From the NCBI GenBank assembly GCA_963720485.1, contig OY970395.1, forward strand, positions 2,264,885 to 2,328,884: DNA of 64,000 nucleotides, in the 5' to 3' direction. The DNA comes from an uncultured Gemmatimonadales bacterium. GTDB lineage: Bacteria > Gemmatimonadota > Gemmatimonadetes > Longimicrobiales > Gaopeijiaceae. The notes beneath the pieces were generated by a model. It was given only the letters and a program-made list of their open reading frames with translations. It ran no database searches and had not been told where the DNA came from. Shown here in pieces: positions 11,491 to 21,037 of the stretch (the stretch's first letter is position 1; the number at the start of each line of letters is the position of its first letter). The position numbers were made by a program, and so were the translations under genes.

Positions 11491-12084
11491 CTACATCTCA
11501 CGACGGCCCGCCAGCGCTTCCGCCAGCGTCGAGCCGTCCACGTATTCCAGATCGCTCCCCACCGGGATCCCCCGGGCGGGACGCGTCACCCTGACGCCCC
11601 TGGGCCGGATGAGGTTCTCCAGGTACACCGCGGTGGCCTCGCCCTCCACCGATGCATTGGTGGCGACGATGACCTCGTGCACCGCGCCGTCGGGTCCCTC
11701 CAGCCGGTCCAGCAGCCCCTGCACGTTCAGTTCCTCCGGGCCGACACCGTCGAGGGGTGAGAGGTGCCCGCCCAGCACGTGGTAGAGTCCACGGTACTGC
11801 CCGGTGCGCTCGATGGCGCCCACCTCGTACGCCTCTTCCACCACGCAGAGGACCCCCGAGTCCCGGCGCGGATCCTTGCACACCATGCAGAGCGTCTCCT
11901 CACTGAAGTTGCCGCAGCGCTGGCATGGGTGGATGCGGTCGGCGACCTCCTTCACCGTGCGGGCGAGGCGGCGGGCGTCGTCCGGCGAGCCCTTCATGAG
12001 GTGGTAGACGAGCCGGAGGGCGGTCTTCGGCCCGATGCCCGGGAGGCGTGCCAGCTCGGTGGTGAGCTGGTCAATGACGGACAC
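11491..12084 (-). CDS. recR: recombination protein RecR
   Basis: Contains the HhH motif (LPGIGPKTA), a C4 zinc finger (CQRCGNFSEETLCMVC) and a Toprim domain. GTG start giving MSVIDQLTTELARLPGIGPK. Confidence 0.9.
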   Translation of the reverse strand: MSVIDQLTTELARLPGIGPKTALRLVYHLMKGSPDDARRLARTVKEVADRIHPCQRCGNFSEETLCMVCKDPRRDSGVLCVVEEAYEVGAIERTGQYRGLYHVLGGHLSPLDGVGPEELNVQGLLDRLEGPDGAVHEVIVATNASVEGEATAVYLENLIRPRGVRVTRPARGIPVGSDLEYVDGSTLAEALAGRREM

Positions 12085-12115
12085 GGGGACTCGCCGGGCT
12101 CCGGTCGGAGGTGCG

Positions 12116-12436
12116 TCAGAACAGCCCGGGGAGCTGCATCGGCAGCCCACCCGTGGCCTTGCGCATCTCCTCCTCGTACACCTCCCGGGCCTTGGCCTGG
12201 GCCTGGGAGACGGCGGCCAGCACCAGGTCCTCCAGCATCTCCACGTCGTCCGGATCGACGCATGTACGGTCGATGCGGACCTCCTTGATCTGGCCCTTGC
12301 CGTCCACCGTGACGTCCACCATCCCGCCGCCGGAGGACGCGCTGATCTTCTGACTGTCGAGGCTCTCCTGCAGCTTCGACATCTTCGCCTGAAGCTGCTG
12401 CCCCATCTGCATGAGCTGCTGGAGGTTGTTGTTCAT
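12116..12436 (-). CDS. ybaB: nucleoid-associated protein YbaB/EbfC
   Basis: 106-aa protein (MNNNLQQLMQMGQQLQAKMSKLQESL..., GGGMVDVTVDGKGQIKEVRID) in the conserved dnaX-ybaB-recR arrangement. Confidence 0.9.
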   Translation of the reverse strand: MNNNLQQLMQMGQQLQAKMSKLQESLDSQKISASSGGGMVDVTVDGKGQIKEVRIDRTCVDPDDVEMLEDLVLAAVSQAQAKAREVYEEEMRKATGGLPMQLPGLF

Positions 12437-12510
12437 CGTCTCCCCAGATGCGCCGACGGGACGCGTCCACGCGCCGCCCCGCGACGCTGCGGACGCGCCC
12501 CGACGGGCGA

Positions 12511-14229
12511 TCAATCGAGCAATTCGAGGTCGAGTTCTTCTACCGCACGCTCCAGGGTGGGTTCCCGCTGGACCAGCTCCCGGAGGCGTCCCTCCCGCAC
12601 GGTGTCCTGGGTGATGCGCGCCGCTCCTCCGCTCCCCCGGGCGGCGGATCCCGTCTCTTCCACCACCAGGGTCACGCTGCGGCCGAGGTGGCGGGACAGG
12701 GAGCGGGTGATGGCCCCGCGGACGCCCACCTCTTCCAGCCGCTCCAGGGCGGGGCCGGGAGGGACGCCGACCCGCACCTCCCCCTCCGGCCCCGCGGCCA
12801 CGGCGGCGGTGCGGAGGAAGAGGGCCATGCCGGCCGGGGCAGCGCCCTCGTCGAGCATGCGCCGCCACGCTTCGGACGCGTCGTCCGTGGGCCCGGGTGA
12901 AGCCGCCCCGTGGGGCGGTGGGGCCGGGGCGCCCGGCGCGGCGGCGGAGGAAACGCCACTCCGCTCCGAGGGACCAGGGCTTGCCCCCTCCGCCTCCACC
13001 CGTCCGGCAGCCCGGGCCACGTGGCCCCGCACCGGCGGCCCCGGCGCTCCGCCGCCGCCGGGCCCGTCGGGTGGCGGTGCGCCCCCCAGGCCGCGGATCA
13101 GCTCCTCCAGCTCCACCGTCCGGTCCAGATAGGAGATGCGCAGGAGGAGCATCTCGAGGAGCACCCTGGGCTGGGCGCTCCGGCGCAGGCTCCCGGTGCT
13201 CTCCAGCTCGCTGGCCAGGGAGAGCATGCGCACCAGGTCGCCCGGGGCGAAGGCGCCTGCGCGCTCCAGGAAGGCGTCTCTCAGGTCGTCGCGCACGTCG
13301 GGGGCCACGGAGGCTCCGGACAGGCGCAGCCGGAGGAGGGTCCGGAGGACGTCCACCAGGCCGTGGTAGAACTCCACCAGGTCGTACCCCTCGTCCAGGA
13401 GCCCTTCCATGAAGGAGAACACGTCGCCGTGGCGTCCCTCCCGGAAGAGGTCCAGGAGCTCCAGGTAGCGCTCCTCCTCCACCAATCCCAGGACCCGGCG
13501 CACCGATTCCTGGTCGATCTCCCCGCCGGTGAGGGACAGGACCTGGTCCAGGAGGGAGAGGCCGTCACGCATGCCGCCCTCGGCCTTGCGCGCCACCAGC
13601 CGCAGGGCGTCTTCCGGGGCTGCCGCTCCCTCGCTCCGGAGCACGTGGGACAGGCGCTCCACGATGTCGCTCACGCCGATGCGCCGGAAGTCGAAGCGCT
13701 GGCAGCGGGAAAGGATGGGCGCCGCCGACTGCTGGATCTTCTGGGGCTCGGTGGTGGCGAAGACGAAGATCACCCGGGGGGGTGGCTCCTCCAGGATCTT
13801 CAGGAGGGCGTTCCAGGCCTCCCGGGTGAGCATGTGGGCCTCGTCCACGATGTAGACCTTGTAGCGCCCCTCCTCCGAGGGGGCGTACATCGCCCGCTCC
13901 CGGAGGTCCCGGGCGTCGTCCACGCCCCGGTTGGACGCCGCGTCGATCTCCACCACGTCCAGGGCGGTGTGCCCTCCCCAGATGCGGCGGCAGCTCTCGC
14001 ACTCGCCGCACGGCTCCCCTTCCTCGGTGCGGTTGGGGCAGTTCAGCGCCATGGCCAGGACCCGGGCCAGGGTGGTCTTGCCCACGCCCCGGGGGCCGCA
14101 GAAGAGGTACGCGTGCCCCACGCGATCGCCCGCCACCGCGCGCTTGAGCGTCTCGGAGACGTGCTGCTGGACGGCCACCTCGGCGAAGCTCCGGGGCCGG
14201 TACTTCCGGGCGAGGGACTGATGGGCCAT
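12511..14229 (-). CDS. dnaX: DNA polymerase III subunit gamma/tau
   Basis: Carries the AAA+ clamp-loader motifs (YRPRSFAEVAVQQHV, GPRGVGKTT, zinc module CGECESC, SRC). The start is set at MAHQSLARKYRP; the 308-aa upstream ORF extension is Gly/Pro/Arg-rich and was rejected. Confidence 0.9.
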   Translation of the reverse strand: MAHQSLARKYRPRSFAEVAVQQHVSETLKRAVAGDRVGHAYLFCGPRGVGKTTLARVLAMALNCPNRTEEGEPCGECESCRRIWGGHTALDVVEIDAASNRGVDDARDLRERAMYAPSEEGRYKVYIVDEAHMLTREAWNALLKILEEPPPRVIFVFATTEPQKIQQSAAPILSRCQRFDFRRIGVSDIVERLSHVLRSEGAAAPEDALRLVARKAEGGMRDGLSLLDQVLSLTGGEIDQESVRRVLGLVEEERYLELLDLFREGRHGDVFSFMEGLLDEGYDLVEFYHGLVDVLRTLLRLRLSGASVAPDVRDDLRDAFLERAGAFAPGDLVRMLSLASELESTGSLRRSAQPRVLLEMLLLRISYLDRTVELEELIRGLGGAPPPDGPGGGGAPGPPVRGHVARAAGRVEAEGASPGPSERSGVSSAAAPGAPAPPPHGAASPGPTDDASEAWRRMLDEGAAPAGMALFLRTAAVAAGPEGEVRVGVPPGPALERLEEVGVRGAITRSLSRHLGRSVTLVVEETGSAARGSGGAARITQDTVREGRLRELVQREPTLERAVEELDLELLD

Positions 14230-14404
14230 GGACGACGTGGATCCGGGCGGTGGGGCGGGCGGCGCGGCGCCGGGTGCCGTCCCAAGATCATCCGGTCGGG
14301 GGTGCGATGCAACGCGCCCCGGGTGCCACGGACGCCGGCGTCGATGCCGGCCCCGCGGCCCCGGGGCGGAGAGAGAGTGCCCCAGGCGACCCGCAGCAAC
14401 GTTC

Positions 14405-14505
14405 ACCACACGTACCGCTGCTACCTGCGGGGTCCTGACGGGGTTGGTGGGCTCCCGTCCTGCGGACCTGGGGCACGATCCCAAGCTAACGTCTACTACA
14501 CGTGG
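14405..14505 (-). ncRNA. ffs: candidate signal recognition particle RNA (small 4.5S-type), in the conserved ffs-dnaX-ybaB-recR position
   Basis: The minus strand contains GUCAGG...CCGCAGGUAGCAGC, which resembles the domain IV symmetric-loop consensus (GUCAGGUCCGGAAGGAAGCAGC). A closing helix pairs CCACGUGUA with UACGUGUGG. Synteny upstream of dnaX supports the call. The apical loop is not a canonical GNRA tetraloop. Confidence 0.5.
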
Positions 14506-14543
14506 CGACCAAGGGGGGTCCGCCCGGCGCCGCGGGACGGCAC

Positions 14544-14906
14544 TCAGGAGAGGCGCCAGGCGTCTTCTACGTGCTCGACGCGTAGGCGCCCGTCCGGGTC
14601 CTCCTCCACCGCCACTGCGTCGAATCGGTACACCAGGCCCGGGGCGCCATGGCGCTCCACCCACCAGTGGGCCACCGATTCGATCTCCCGCCGCTTGCGG
14701 GCGGTGATGGCGTCCAGGGGATGGCCGAAGCCGTTGCCTCGCCTCCCCTTCACCTCCACGAAGGCCACCACGGCGCCCCGGCGGACGACTAGGTCGACCT
14801 CCTTGCGGCGCCAGCGGACGTTCCGGTCCAGGACCTGCCACCCGCGCCGCTCCAGGTGCCGGGCGGCCACCCCTTCGAAAGCCTGGCCCAGCCGGTGGGT
14901 GTCCAT
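14544..14906 (-). CDS. yraN: YraN-family (UPF0102) predicted endonuclease
   Basis: Carries AFEGVAARHLERRGWQVLDRNVRW..EVDLVV...VAFVEVKGRR, typical of the UPF0102 family. Confidence 0.85.
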   Translation of the reverse strand: MDTHRLGQAFEGVAARHLERRGWQVLDRNVRWRRKEVDLVVRRGAVVAFVEVKGRRGNGFGHPLDAITARKRREIESVAHWWVERHGAPGLVYRFDAVAVEEDPDGRLRVEHVEDAWRLS

Positions 14907-15088
14907 GCGCCCAACGTTCGTCGACGCGGGGGGGCGGAGCCATGGTCCGTGGGGCGGGTGGCCCCATCGGCCGCGCCTCGACCTTCGCCCCCCCCGGCCC
15001 CAGGGGTGCCGGAGCGGGCGACTTCCCGGACGTGGCGGAGCGCGATGCGGTGCGGGGCGTGGCACGCGGGCAGCTCGCCCTTTCGCTC

Positions 15089-15691
15089 TCAGTAGCGCCC
15101 CACCTCCTGGGGCGAGAGGCGGGCGAACTCCAGGATGGCGTTCCACCGCTCATGGGGAGGAATCTCCTCCGGGTCCTCCCCTTCCTCGTCCCCGGCGGCC
15201 CTCCCCATCACGCTCTGGGCCCGGGGGTCCCCCAGCTCCTTCAGCAGCTCCGCCACGTGGCAGCGGAAGTCGTGGTCGCCCGAGGCCCGGGCCATGAGGC
15301 GGAGCTGCTTCACGGCGAGATCGGCCCTGCCCGCCCGGCACGCCGCGCCCACGTACTCGTCGGCGTGGTGGAGGGCCTCCTCCATGTGCCCCATGCCGAT
15401 GGAGAGGAGCGCCAGGGTGCGTCGGGCGCGCACCACTCCGGGGACGTGCTGGATGACCTTCCGGCACGCGGCCGCCGCTGCGTCGGGGCGGGCGGTCTCC
15501 AGGTAGGCGTCGATGGCGCGGCCCCAGAAGTGGAGCGCCCGGTCGATGTGGCCCTCTTCCGCGCACAGGTCGCCGGCACGGCCCAGGAACTGTGCCTTGT
15601 ACGCCATGGACGCCGTGGACGCCTTCTCCTCGAGCTCGGCGATGCGGGCCCGGAGATCGTGGTTCTGGCGGCGGAAGGGGTTTCGGATCAT
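15089..15691 (-). CDS. hypothetical protein with TPR-like helical repeats (200 aa)
   Basis: Ordinary composition from MIRNPFRRQNHDLRARIAELEEK onward. The upstream extension is Pro-rich and was rejected. Confidence 0.5.
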   Translation of the reverse strand: MIRNPFRRQNHDLRARIAELEEKASTASMAYKAQFLGRAGDLCAEEGHIDRALHFWGRAIDAYLETARPDAAAAACRKVIQHVPGVVRARRTLALLSIGMGHMEEALHHADEYVGAACRAGRADLAVKQLRLMARASGDHDFRCHVAELLKELGDPRAQSVMGRAAGDEEGEDPEEIPPHERWNAILEFARLSPQEVGRY

Positions 15692-15950
15692 GGAGTCCGG
15701 CGGGAGCCCTGGTCGTCCCGGGGGACGCTGGCGAAAAGGGCCGCCTGCTGGGGGGCGGATTCGGTTGTCTGACCCGTCACGGACAGCAGTGGGTCGGAGG
15801 AGCCTCGGGCCGAAAATCTGCCTGAAGGGGCGTGGCGGCGCCACCCCGGCGACTTGCGCGCGCCTTGTCCGCACCCCCCAATTCGGGGGCGGAGAAGCGC
15901 CCGCGCCGGGCCGCGGCTCGGTAGGGCACCCACCAGCGCAGGAGGCGGAA

Positions 15951-16331
15951 ATGAGCAAGCTGGGAAGGACGTTCCTGCTGACCCTGACGGTGGCCGCGGC
16001 GGCCTGCGCCAGCGCCGGCGGAGGGGGCGGCCGCGGCACGGGGGGCATCACCGGCGAGCAGCTCATCCAGACCGGAGAGAAGGACCTGTACTCGGCCGTG
16101 TCGGCGCTGCGCCCCATGTGGGTCCACGCCAGGAGCGGCGCCCGCATGAACGGCACCGCCCAGATCATGCTCTACGTGAACAACGCCCCCTACGGCACCG
16201 TGGACGACCTTCGCAGCATCCCCATCGAGACGGTGCATGACGTGAGCTACATGTCGGCCAGCGAAGCGACGACCCGCTACGGGCTCGCGGGGGGCGCGGT
16301 GGGGCTCATCCTGGTGCGCACCGGCGGCTGA
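15951..16331 (+). CDS. hypothetical lipoprotein (126 aa)
   Basis: GGAGG Shine-Dalgarno sequence 5 nt upstream of the ATG. Signal peptide with lipobox (LTVAAAACAS). Confidence 0.6.
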   Translation: MSKLGRTFLLTLTVAAAACASAGGGGGRGTGGITGEQLIQTGEKDLYSAVSALRPMWVHARSGARMNGTAQIMLYVNNAPYGTVDDLRSIPIETVHDVSYMSASEATTRYGLAGGAVGLILVRTGG

Positions 16332-16346
16332 CCCGCCGGGCCGCCC

Positions 16347-17396
16347 TCAGCGCGTCGCCGCGGGCTCCGGGAGGGGAGGCGTCACGCCGCGACCGATGGC
16401 GCGGGCGATGGGCCGGATCTGCCCCATCAACTCCACGAACTGGTCCGGATAGAGGGATTGGGCCCCGTCGGAGAGGGCCCGGGCGGGGTCCGGGTGGACT
16501 TCCACGATGAGCCCGTCGGCGCCGGCCGCCACCGCCGCCCGGGCCATGGGGATGACCTTGGTCCGGATCCCGGTGCCGTGACTGGGGTCGGCGATGATGG
16601 GCAGGTGGGAGAGGGCCTGCACCACGGGAATGGCCGTCAGGTCCAGCAGGTTGCGCGTGTGGGTGTCGAAGCTCCGGACGCCCCGCTCGCACAGGATGAC
16701 CTGCTCATTGCCCTCGGCCAGGATGTACTCCGCGGCCAGCAGGAGCTCGTCGATGGTGGCGCTCATCCCCCGCTTGAGCAGGACGGGCTTGTCCAGGCGC
16801 CCGGCCCGCCGGAGGAGGACGTAGTTCTGCATGTTGCGAGCGCCGATCTGCACCACGTCGGCATATTCCGCCACCACGTCCAGGGTGTCGGGGTCCACCG
16901 CCTCCGTCACCACCGCCATCCCCGTGGCCTCCCGGGCACGGGCCAGCAGCTCCAGCCCCTCCACACCGAGGCCCTGGAACGAATAGGGCGACGTGCGGGG
17001 CTTGAACGCCCCGCCCCGGAGGATGGTGGCGCCGGCTTCCCGCAGCCGGTGGGCGGCCTCGGTGATCTGGCCCTCGCTCTCCACGGCGCAGGGGCCCGCC
17101 ATGACGACGATATCCTCGCCGCCCACCACCGTGCCGTTGGGGAGGGTGATGACGGTATCCTCCTCCTTCCACTCCCGGGATACCTGCTTGTACGGCTGGG
17201 TGACGACGATGATCTCCAGGACCCCGGGCAGCCCCTCGAGGCGTGCGGAGTCCACCCGTCCGTCGTTGCCGATGAGGCCGACCGTGGTGCGCTGGGCGCC
17301 CGGCATGGGGCGGGCCTGGTAGCCCATGTCCTCGATCACCTCCACGACGGCGTCGATGTCGTCCGGGGAGGCGTTGTGCTTCATCACGACCAGCAT
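16347..17396 (-). CDS. 3-deoxy-7-phosphoheptulonate (DAHP) synthase, type I-beta with N-terminal regulatory domain
   Basis: N-terminal ferredoxin-like domain plus a KdsA/AroG TIM barrel (GPCAVES...[19 protein letters not shown]...KRGMSAT...ADPSHGTG). Confidence 0.9.
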   Translation of the reverse strand: MLVVMKHNASPDDIDAVVEVIEDMGYQARPMPGAQRTTVGLIGNDGRVDSARLEGLPGVLEIIVVTQPYKQVSREWKEEDTVITLPNGTVVGGEDIVVMAGPCAVESEGQITEAAHRLREAGATILRGGAFKPRTSPYSFQGLGVEGLELLARAREATGMAVVTEAVDPDTLDVVAEYADVVQIGARNMQNYVLLRRAGRLDKPVLLKRGMSATIDELLLAAEYILAEGNEQVILCERGVRSFDTHTRNLLDLTAIPVVQALSHLPIIADPSHGTGIRTKVIPMARAAVAAGADGLIVEVHPDPARALSDGAQSLYPDQFVELMGQIRPIARAIGRGVTPPLPEPAATR

Positions 17397-17515
17397 GTCG
17401 AGCTTCCGGTGGTGCGGTAGGTGGAGAACCCGCGGATGTGAAGTATGGAGGCGGCGCCCCGGGTCCGTCTACCCGTGGGAGCGGCCGTGGGAGCGGCTCC
17501 CGGCGCGGCGCAGGA

Positions 17516-20500
17516 TCAGGCGGCGGTGCCCTTGGCCCGCTCCAGGGCGTCCTCCAGACGCACCCCGACGATGGTGCTCACCCCAGGCTCCTCCATGGTG
17601 ACGCCGTAGATCCAGTCGGCGGCTTCGATGGTGCGGGGGTTGTGGGTGATGACCACGAACTGCGTCTGGCGCTTGAACTCCTCCAGGAGGCGGATGAAGC
17701 GCCCGATGTTGTTCTCGTCCAGGGGCGCGTCGACCTCGTCCAGCACGCAGAAGGGGCTGGGCTTCACCAGGTAGATGGCGAAGAGGAGGGAGAGGGCCGT
17801 GAGGGCGCGCTCGCCTCCCGAGAGGAGGTCGATCCTCTGGGTCTTCTTGCCCCGGGGCGAGGCGTGGATCTCGACGGGCGCCTCCAGGGGGTCCTCCTCG
17901 TCCTCCAGCCAGATGTCCGCCTCGCCCCCCTCGAACAGACGCTGGTGCACCGAGCGGAAGTTCTCACGGATGCGCTGGAACGTCTCGTTGAAGAGGTCGG
18001 TGGCCGTCTGGTTGATCTCCCGGATGGCCTGGCGCAGATCGTTCCTCGCCTCCACCAGGTCGTCGCGCTGCTCGGTGAGGAAGGCCAGCCTCTGGCTCTC
18101 CTCCGCGTGCTCCTCCACCGCAAGCATGTTGACCGGGCCGATGCGCTCCAGACCCACCACGATCTCCTTGAGCTCCTCCTGGAGCGCCTCGGGCTCGCCC
18201 TCCACGGGGCCAGCTTCCTCCAGGAGCGCGTCCAGCGAGCGCCCCCACTCCCCCTCCAGCCGCTCCTGGATGCGGCCCAGGCGTCCCTGGATCTCCTGCC
18301 GCTCCAGCTCCAGGGCGTGGCGGCGGTCGGACGCCTCCCGCTCGGCCTGCCGTGCATGGCGGGCCTGCCGCTCCGCCTCCTGCACCGCGCTGGCCACGGC
18401 CTGGAGGGCCTCGTCCCGCTCCCGGAGCTCGGTCTGGGCGGCCTCGCGGCGAGCGAAGAGGTCCTGGGTGGCGCGGGCGCCCTCCTCCTTGAGGTCCCGG
18501 GCCTCCTCGAGCTGGCGACCGAGGTTCTCCTCCTCCCGGTCCAGCGCTTCGATGCGCTCGGCGTCGGCCCGGAGCGCGGCGGCCATGGCCTCCAACCGCT
18601 CGGCCAGCCGGGTCAGCTCGCCCTGGAGTCGGGTCACCTGGACGGCCAGACGCGATTCCTCGTTCCTGGCGGCCTCCCACTCCTCCTGGACGGCCTCCAG
18701 CGTCTCCCGGGCCCTCGCCCGCCGGTCCCGCAGCCCCTCCTCCTCCTCCTTCAGGGCGTCCCGGTCCTCCAGGGCCGTCTTCGCCCGCTCCAGCGAGCGG
18801 GAGCGGGCCGCACGGGTGCCCTCGAGCTGACGGGCCAGCTCGTCCCGGTGGTGGTCGGCCCGGGCCTTCCGGTCCACCTGGGCGGCGGCCTCGGAGGCCG
18901 CCTTGCGCTGTTCGTCCTCGGCGCCCCGGAGCACGCCCCGGGCAGCCTCCAGGGCCTCCTCCCGGCGGCGGAGCTCCTCCCGGGCGGCCTCCCGGCGGCT
19001 CCGGGCCGCGTCCGCCTCCTCCCGGGCATCCCGGGCCTCACGGTCCAGCGCCCTGAGGCGCTCGCGCCGCTCCAGCACGCCCGTGGCCCCGCTGGGGTCG
19101 CCGATGCGCACCACGCCCAGCTCGTCCCGGGAGGCGCCCGAGACCGACAGGCGCGGCCCCTCCGCTCCCGCCAGGAGCTGGTCGTCGTCCACCACCGCGA
19201 CGTGGCCGAGGAGGGCCCGCACCCAGGGGGCTCCCGCCCCCACGGCCTCGACTCGCTCCAGCAGCGTGCCCCCGTCGCGGGCCGGCGGCGCCGCGTCCAG
19301 GGGAAGGACCACCAGCCCCCCACCCCGCTCCCACGACCCGGTGAACCATGCTCGCAGGGACTCAGCGGCGGCCCGGTCCCGGACCACGAGCCCCCGGGCC
19401 AGGGGCCCGAGCCACGCCTCCACCGCCCGGGCCAGGGCCTCGGGGGCCTTCACGAAATCCACGAGTGTGCCCAGGACGGCGTCGTCGCCCCGCTCCAGGG
19501 CGGCCTTCACGGCGGGCTCCATCCCCTCCCGGTCCCGCTCCATCGCCGCCAGGGCCTCCCGGCGCGCCTCCAGGGAGCCGGCCCGGTCCGCGGCGGTCAC
19601 CTCGGTCGAGCGGGCCTCCTCCAGGGCGGCCCGGGCCGCCTCCACCGCCGCCGCCGCTGCCTCCACACCGGCCCGGCCGCGGGCCACCCCCGCTTCCAGC
19701 TCCTCGAGCCGGGAGGAGAAGAGGTCGCCCTGCCCCTCCAGCTCGCTCACTTCGCTGGTGGCGGCCTCCAGCTCCTGGGCGAGGCGTTGCTGGCGCCGTT
19801 CCAGCTCGGCGGCCTGGGCCTGGGCGGCCTCGGCGTCCCCTTCGAGCTGGGCGCCCCGGCGGGCGATCTCCCGCTCGCGCCCCTCCACCGCCTCCAGGGC
19901 CTGGCGCGCCTCGAGCAGCCTCCGGCGCACCTCGGCCGCGGCCTCCTGCCGGGCTTGCAGCTCCCGGCCGGCCTCGGCCGCCTCGACGGTGAGCCCCTCC
20001 TGGTCGCTCTCCAGCGTGGCCCGCTCCGCCCCCACCCGGGTGGAGCGCTCCCGGGCCTCGTCGCGCTCCTCACCGATGCGGCCGAGGCGGCTCTGGGCGT
20101 AGGCCGCCCGCTCGTCGGCCACGGCCAGGTCCCGCTCCCAGCGGGCCAGCTCGCCCCGCACCTCGTCCAGCCGGCCGGCGGCGGCGGTGCGGGCCTTCTC
20201 CGCCTCCACCTGTTGGATGCGCAGGGACTCGACGCGGGTCTCGCTCTCATGGACCTCCGCCACCATGCCCTGCCCGGTGGCCCGGTCCCCCTCCAGCTCC
20301 CCCTCCAGCTCGGAGAGGCGCCGTCCCAGCGTGTCGAGCTGGTGGCGTACAACCGCCACCTCCACGTCGAGGCGCCGGGCCCGCAGCTCCAGGTAGCGCT
20401 CGGCCCTGCCCTTCTGGCGGGCCAGGGAGCGCACCTTCGTCTGCACCTCGGCGATGACGTCCTCCAGGCGCTGGAGGTCCTGCTCGGCCCGCTCCAGGCG

Positions 20501-21037
20501 GCGCTGGGCCGCCTTGCGGCGGTCCTTGTACTTGCCAATGCCCGACGCCTCCTCGAACAGGGCCCGCCGCTCCTCGGCCCGATCCGAGAGGATGGCGTCG
20601 ATCATCTTGTTCTCGATGACGTTGTAGGCGTTGGCGCCCAGCCCCGTGTCCCGGGTGAGGTCCACCACGTCCTTGAGACGGCAGACGGAGCGGTTGATGG
20701 AGTAGTCGCTGCCACCGTCCCGGTAGACGACGCGGCCGATCTCCACCTCCTCGAAGGGGACGGGAAGGGCGCCGTCGTCGTTGGTCACGACCATGGTGAC
20801 GGAGCCCCGGTTCACCGGCCGCCGCTGCACGGAGCCCTGGAAGATGGCCTCCTCCATCTTGGCGCCCCGGATGGCGGTGGGCCGCTGCTCGCCCAGCACC
20901 CAGCGAACGGCATCGCTGATGTTGGACTTGCCGCAGCCGTTGGGGCCCACCACGGCCGTGATGCCGTCGTGGAACTGGATCTCCGTGGCGTCGGCGAAGG
21001 ACTTGAATCCGTGGACGCGGAGGGTGCGGAGCTTCAT
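17516..21037 (-). CDS. smc: chromosome segregation protein SMC
   Basis: 1173 aa. N-terminal Walker A (GPNGCGKSNISDAV), long coiled coils, hinge, and a C-terminal signature/Walker B (LSGGERALTALSLLFAI..LDEVDAPLDE). Confidence 0.95.
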   Translation of the reverse strand: MKLRTLRVHGFKSFADATEIQFHDGITAVVGPNGCGKSNISDAVRWVLGEQRPTAIRGAKMEEAIFQGSVQRRPVNRGSVTMVVTNDDGALPVPFEEVEIGRVVYRDGGSDYSINRSVCRLKDVVDLTRDTGLGANAYNVIENKMIDAILSDRAEERRALFEEASGIGKYKDRRKAAQRRLERAEQDLQRLEDVIAEVQTKVRSLARQKGRAERYLELRARRLDVEVAVVRHQLDTLGRRLSELEGELEGDRATGQGMVAEVHESETRVESLRIQQVEAEKARTAAAGRLDEVRGELARWERDLAVADERAAYAQSRLGRIGEERDEARERSTRVGAERATLESDQEGLTVEAAEAGRELQARQEAAAEVRRRLLEARQALEAVEGREREIARRGAQLEGDAEAAQAQAAELERRQQRLAQELEAATSEVSELEGQGDLFSSRLEELEAGVARGRAGVEAAAAAVEAARAALEEARSTEVTAADRAGSLEARREALAAMERDREGMEPAVKAALERGDDAVLGTLVDFVKAPEALARAVEAWLGPLARGLVVRDRAAAESLRAWFTGSWERGGGLVVLPLDAAPPARDGGTLLERVEAVGAGAPWVRALLGHVAVVDDDQLLAGAEGPRLSVSGASRDELGVVRIGDPSGATGVLERRERLRALDREARDAREEADAARSRREAAREELRRREEALEAARGVLRGAEDEQRKAASEAAAQVDRKARADHHRDELARQLEGTRAARSRSLERAKTALEDRDALKEEEEGLRDRRARARETLEAVQEEWEAARNEESRLAVQVTRLQGELTRLAERLEAMAAALRADAERIEALDREEENLGRQLEEARDLKEEGARATQDLFARREAAQTELRERDEALQAVASAVQEAERQARHARQAEREASDRRHALELERQEIQGRLGRIQERLEGEWGRSLDALLEEAGPVEGEPEALQEELKEIVVGLERIGPVNMLAVEEHAEESQRLAFLTEQRDDLVEARNDLRQAIREINQTATDLFNETFQRIRENFRSVHQRLFEGGEADIWLEDEEDPLEAPVEIHASPRGKKTQRIDLLSGGERALTALSLLFAIYLVKPSPFCVLDEVDAPLDENNIGRFIRLLEEFKRQTQFVVITHNPRTIEAADWIYGVTMEEPGVSTIVGVRLEDALERAKGTAA

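Noticed and set aside
12910-15297. 795-aa plus-strand ORF, and the 308-aa N-terminal extension of the dnaX ORF (to 15153)
   Set aside because: Both are Arg/Pro/Gly-rich. dnaX homology begins at MAHQSLARKYRP (start 14229). The extension would also overlap the SRP RNA candidate and yraN.
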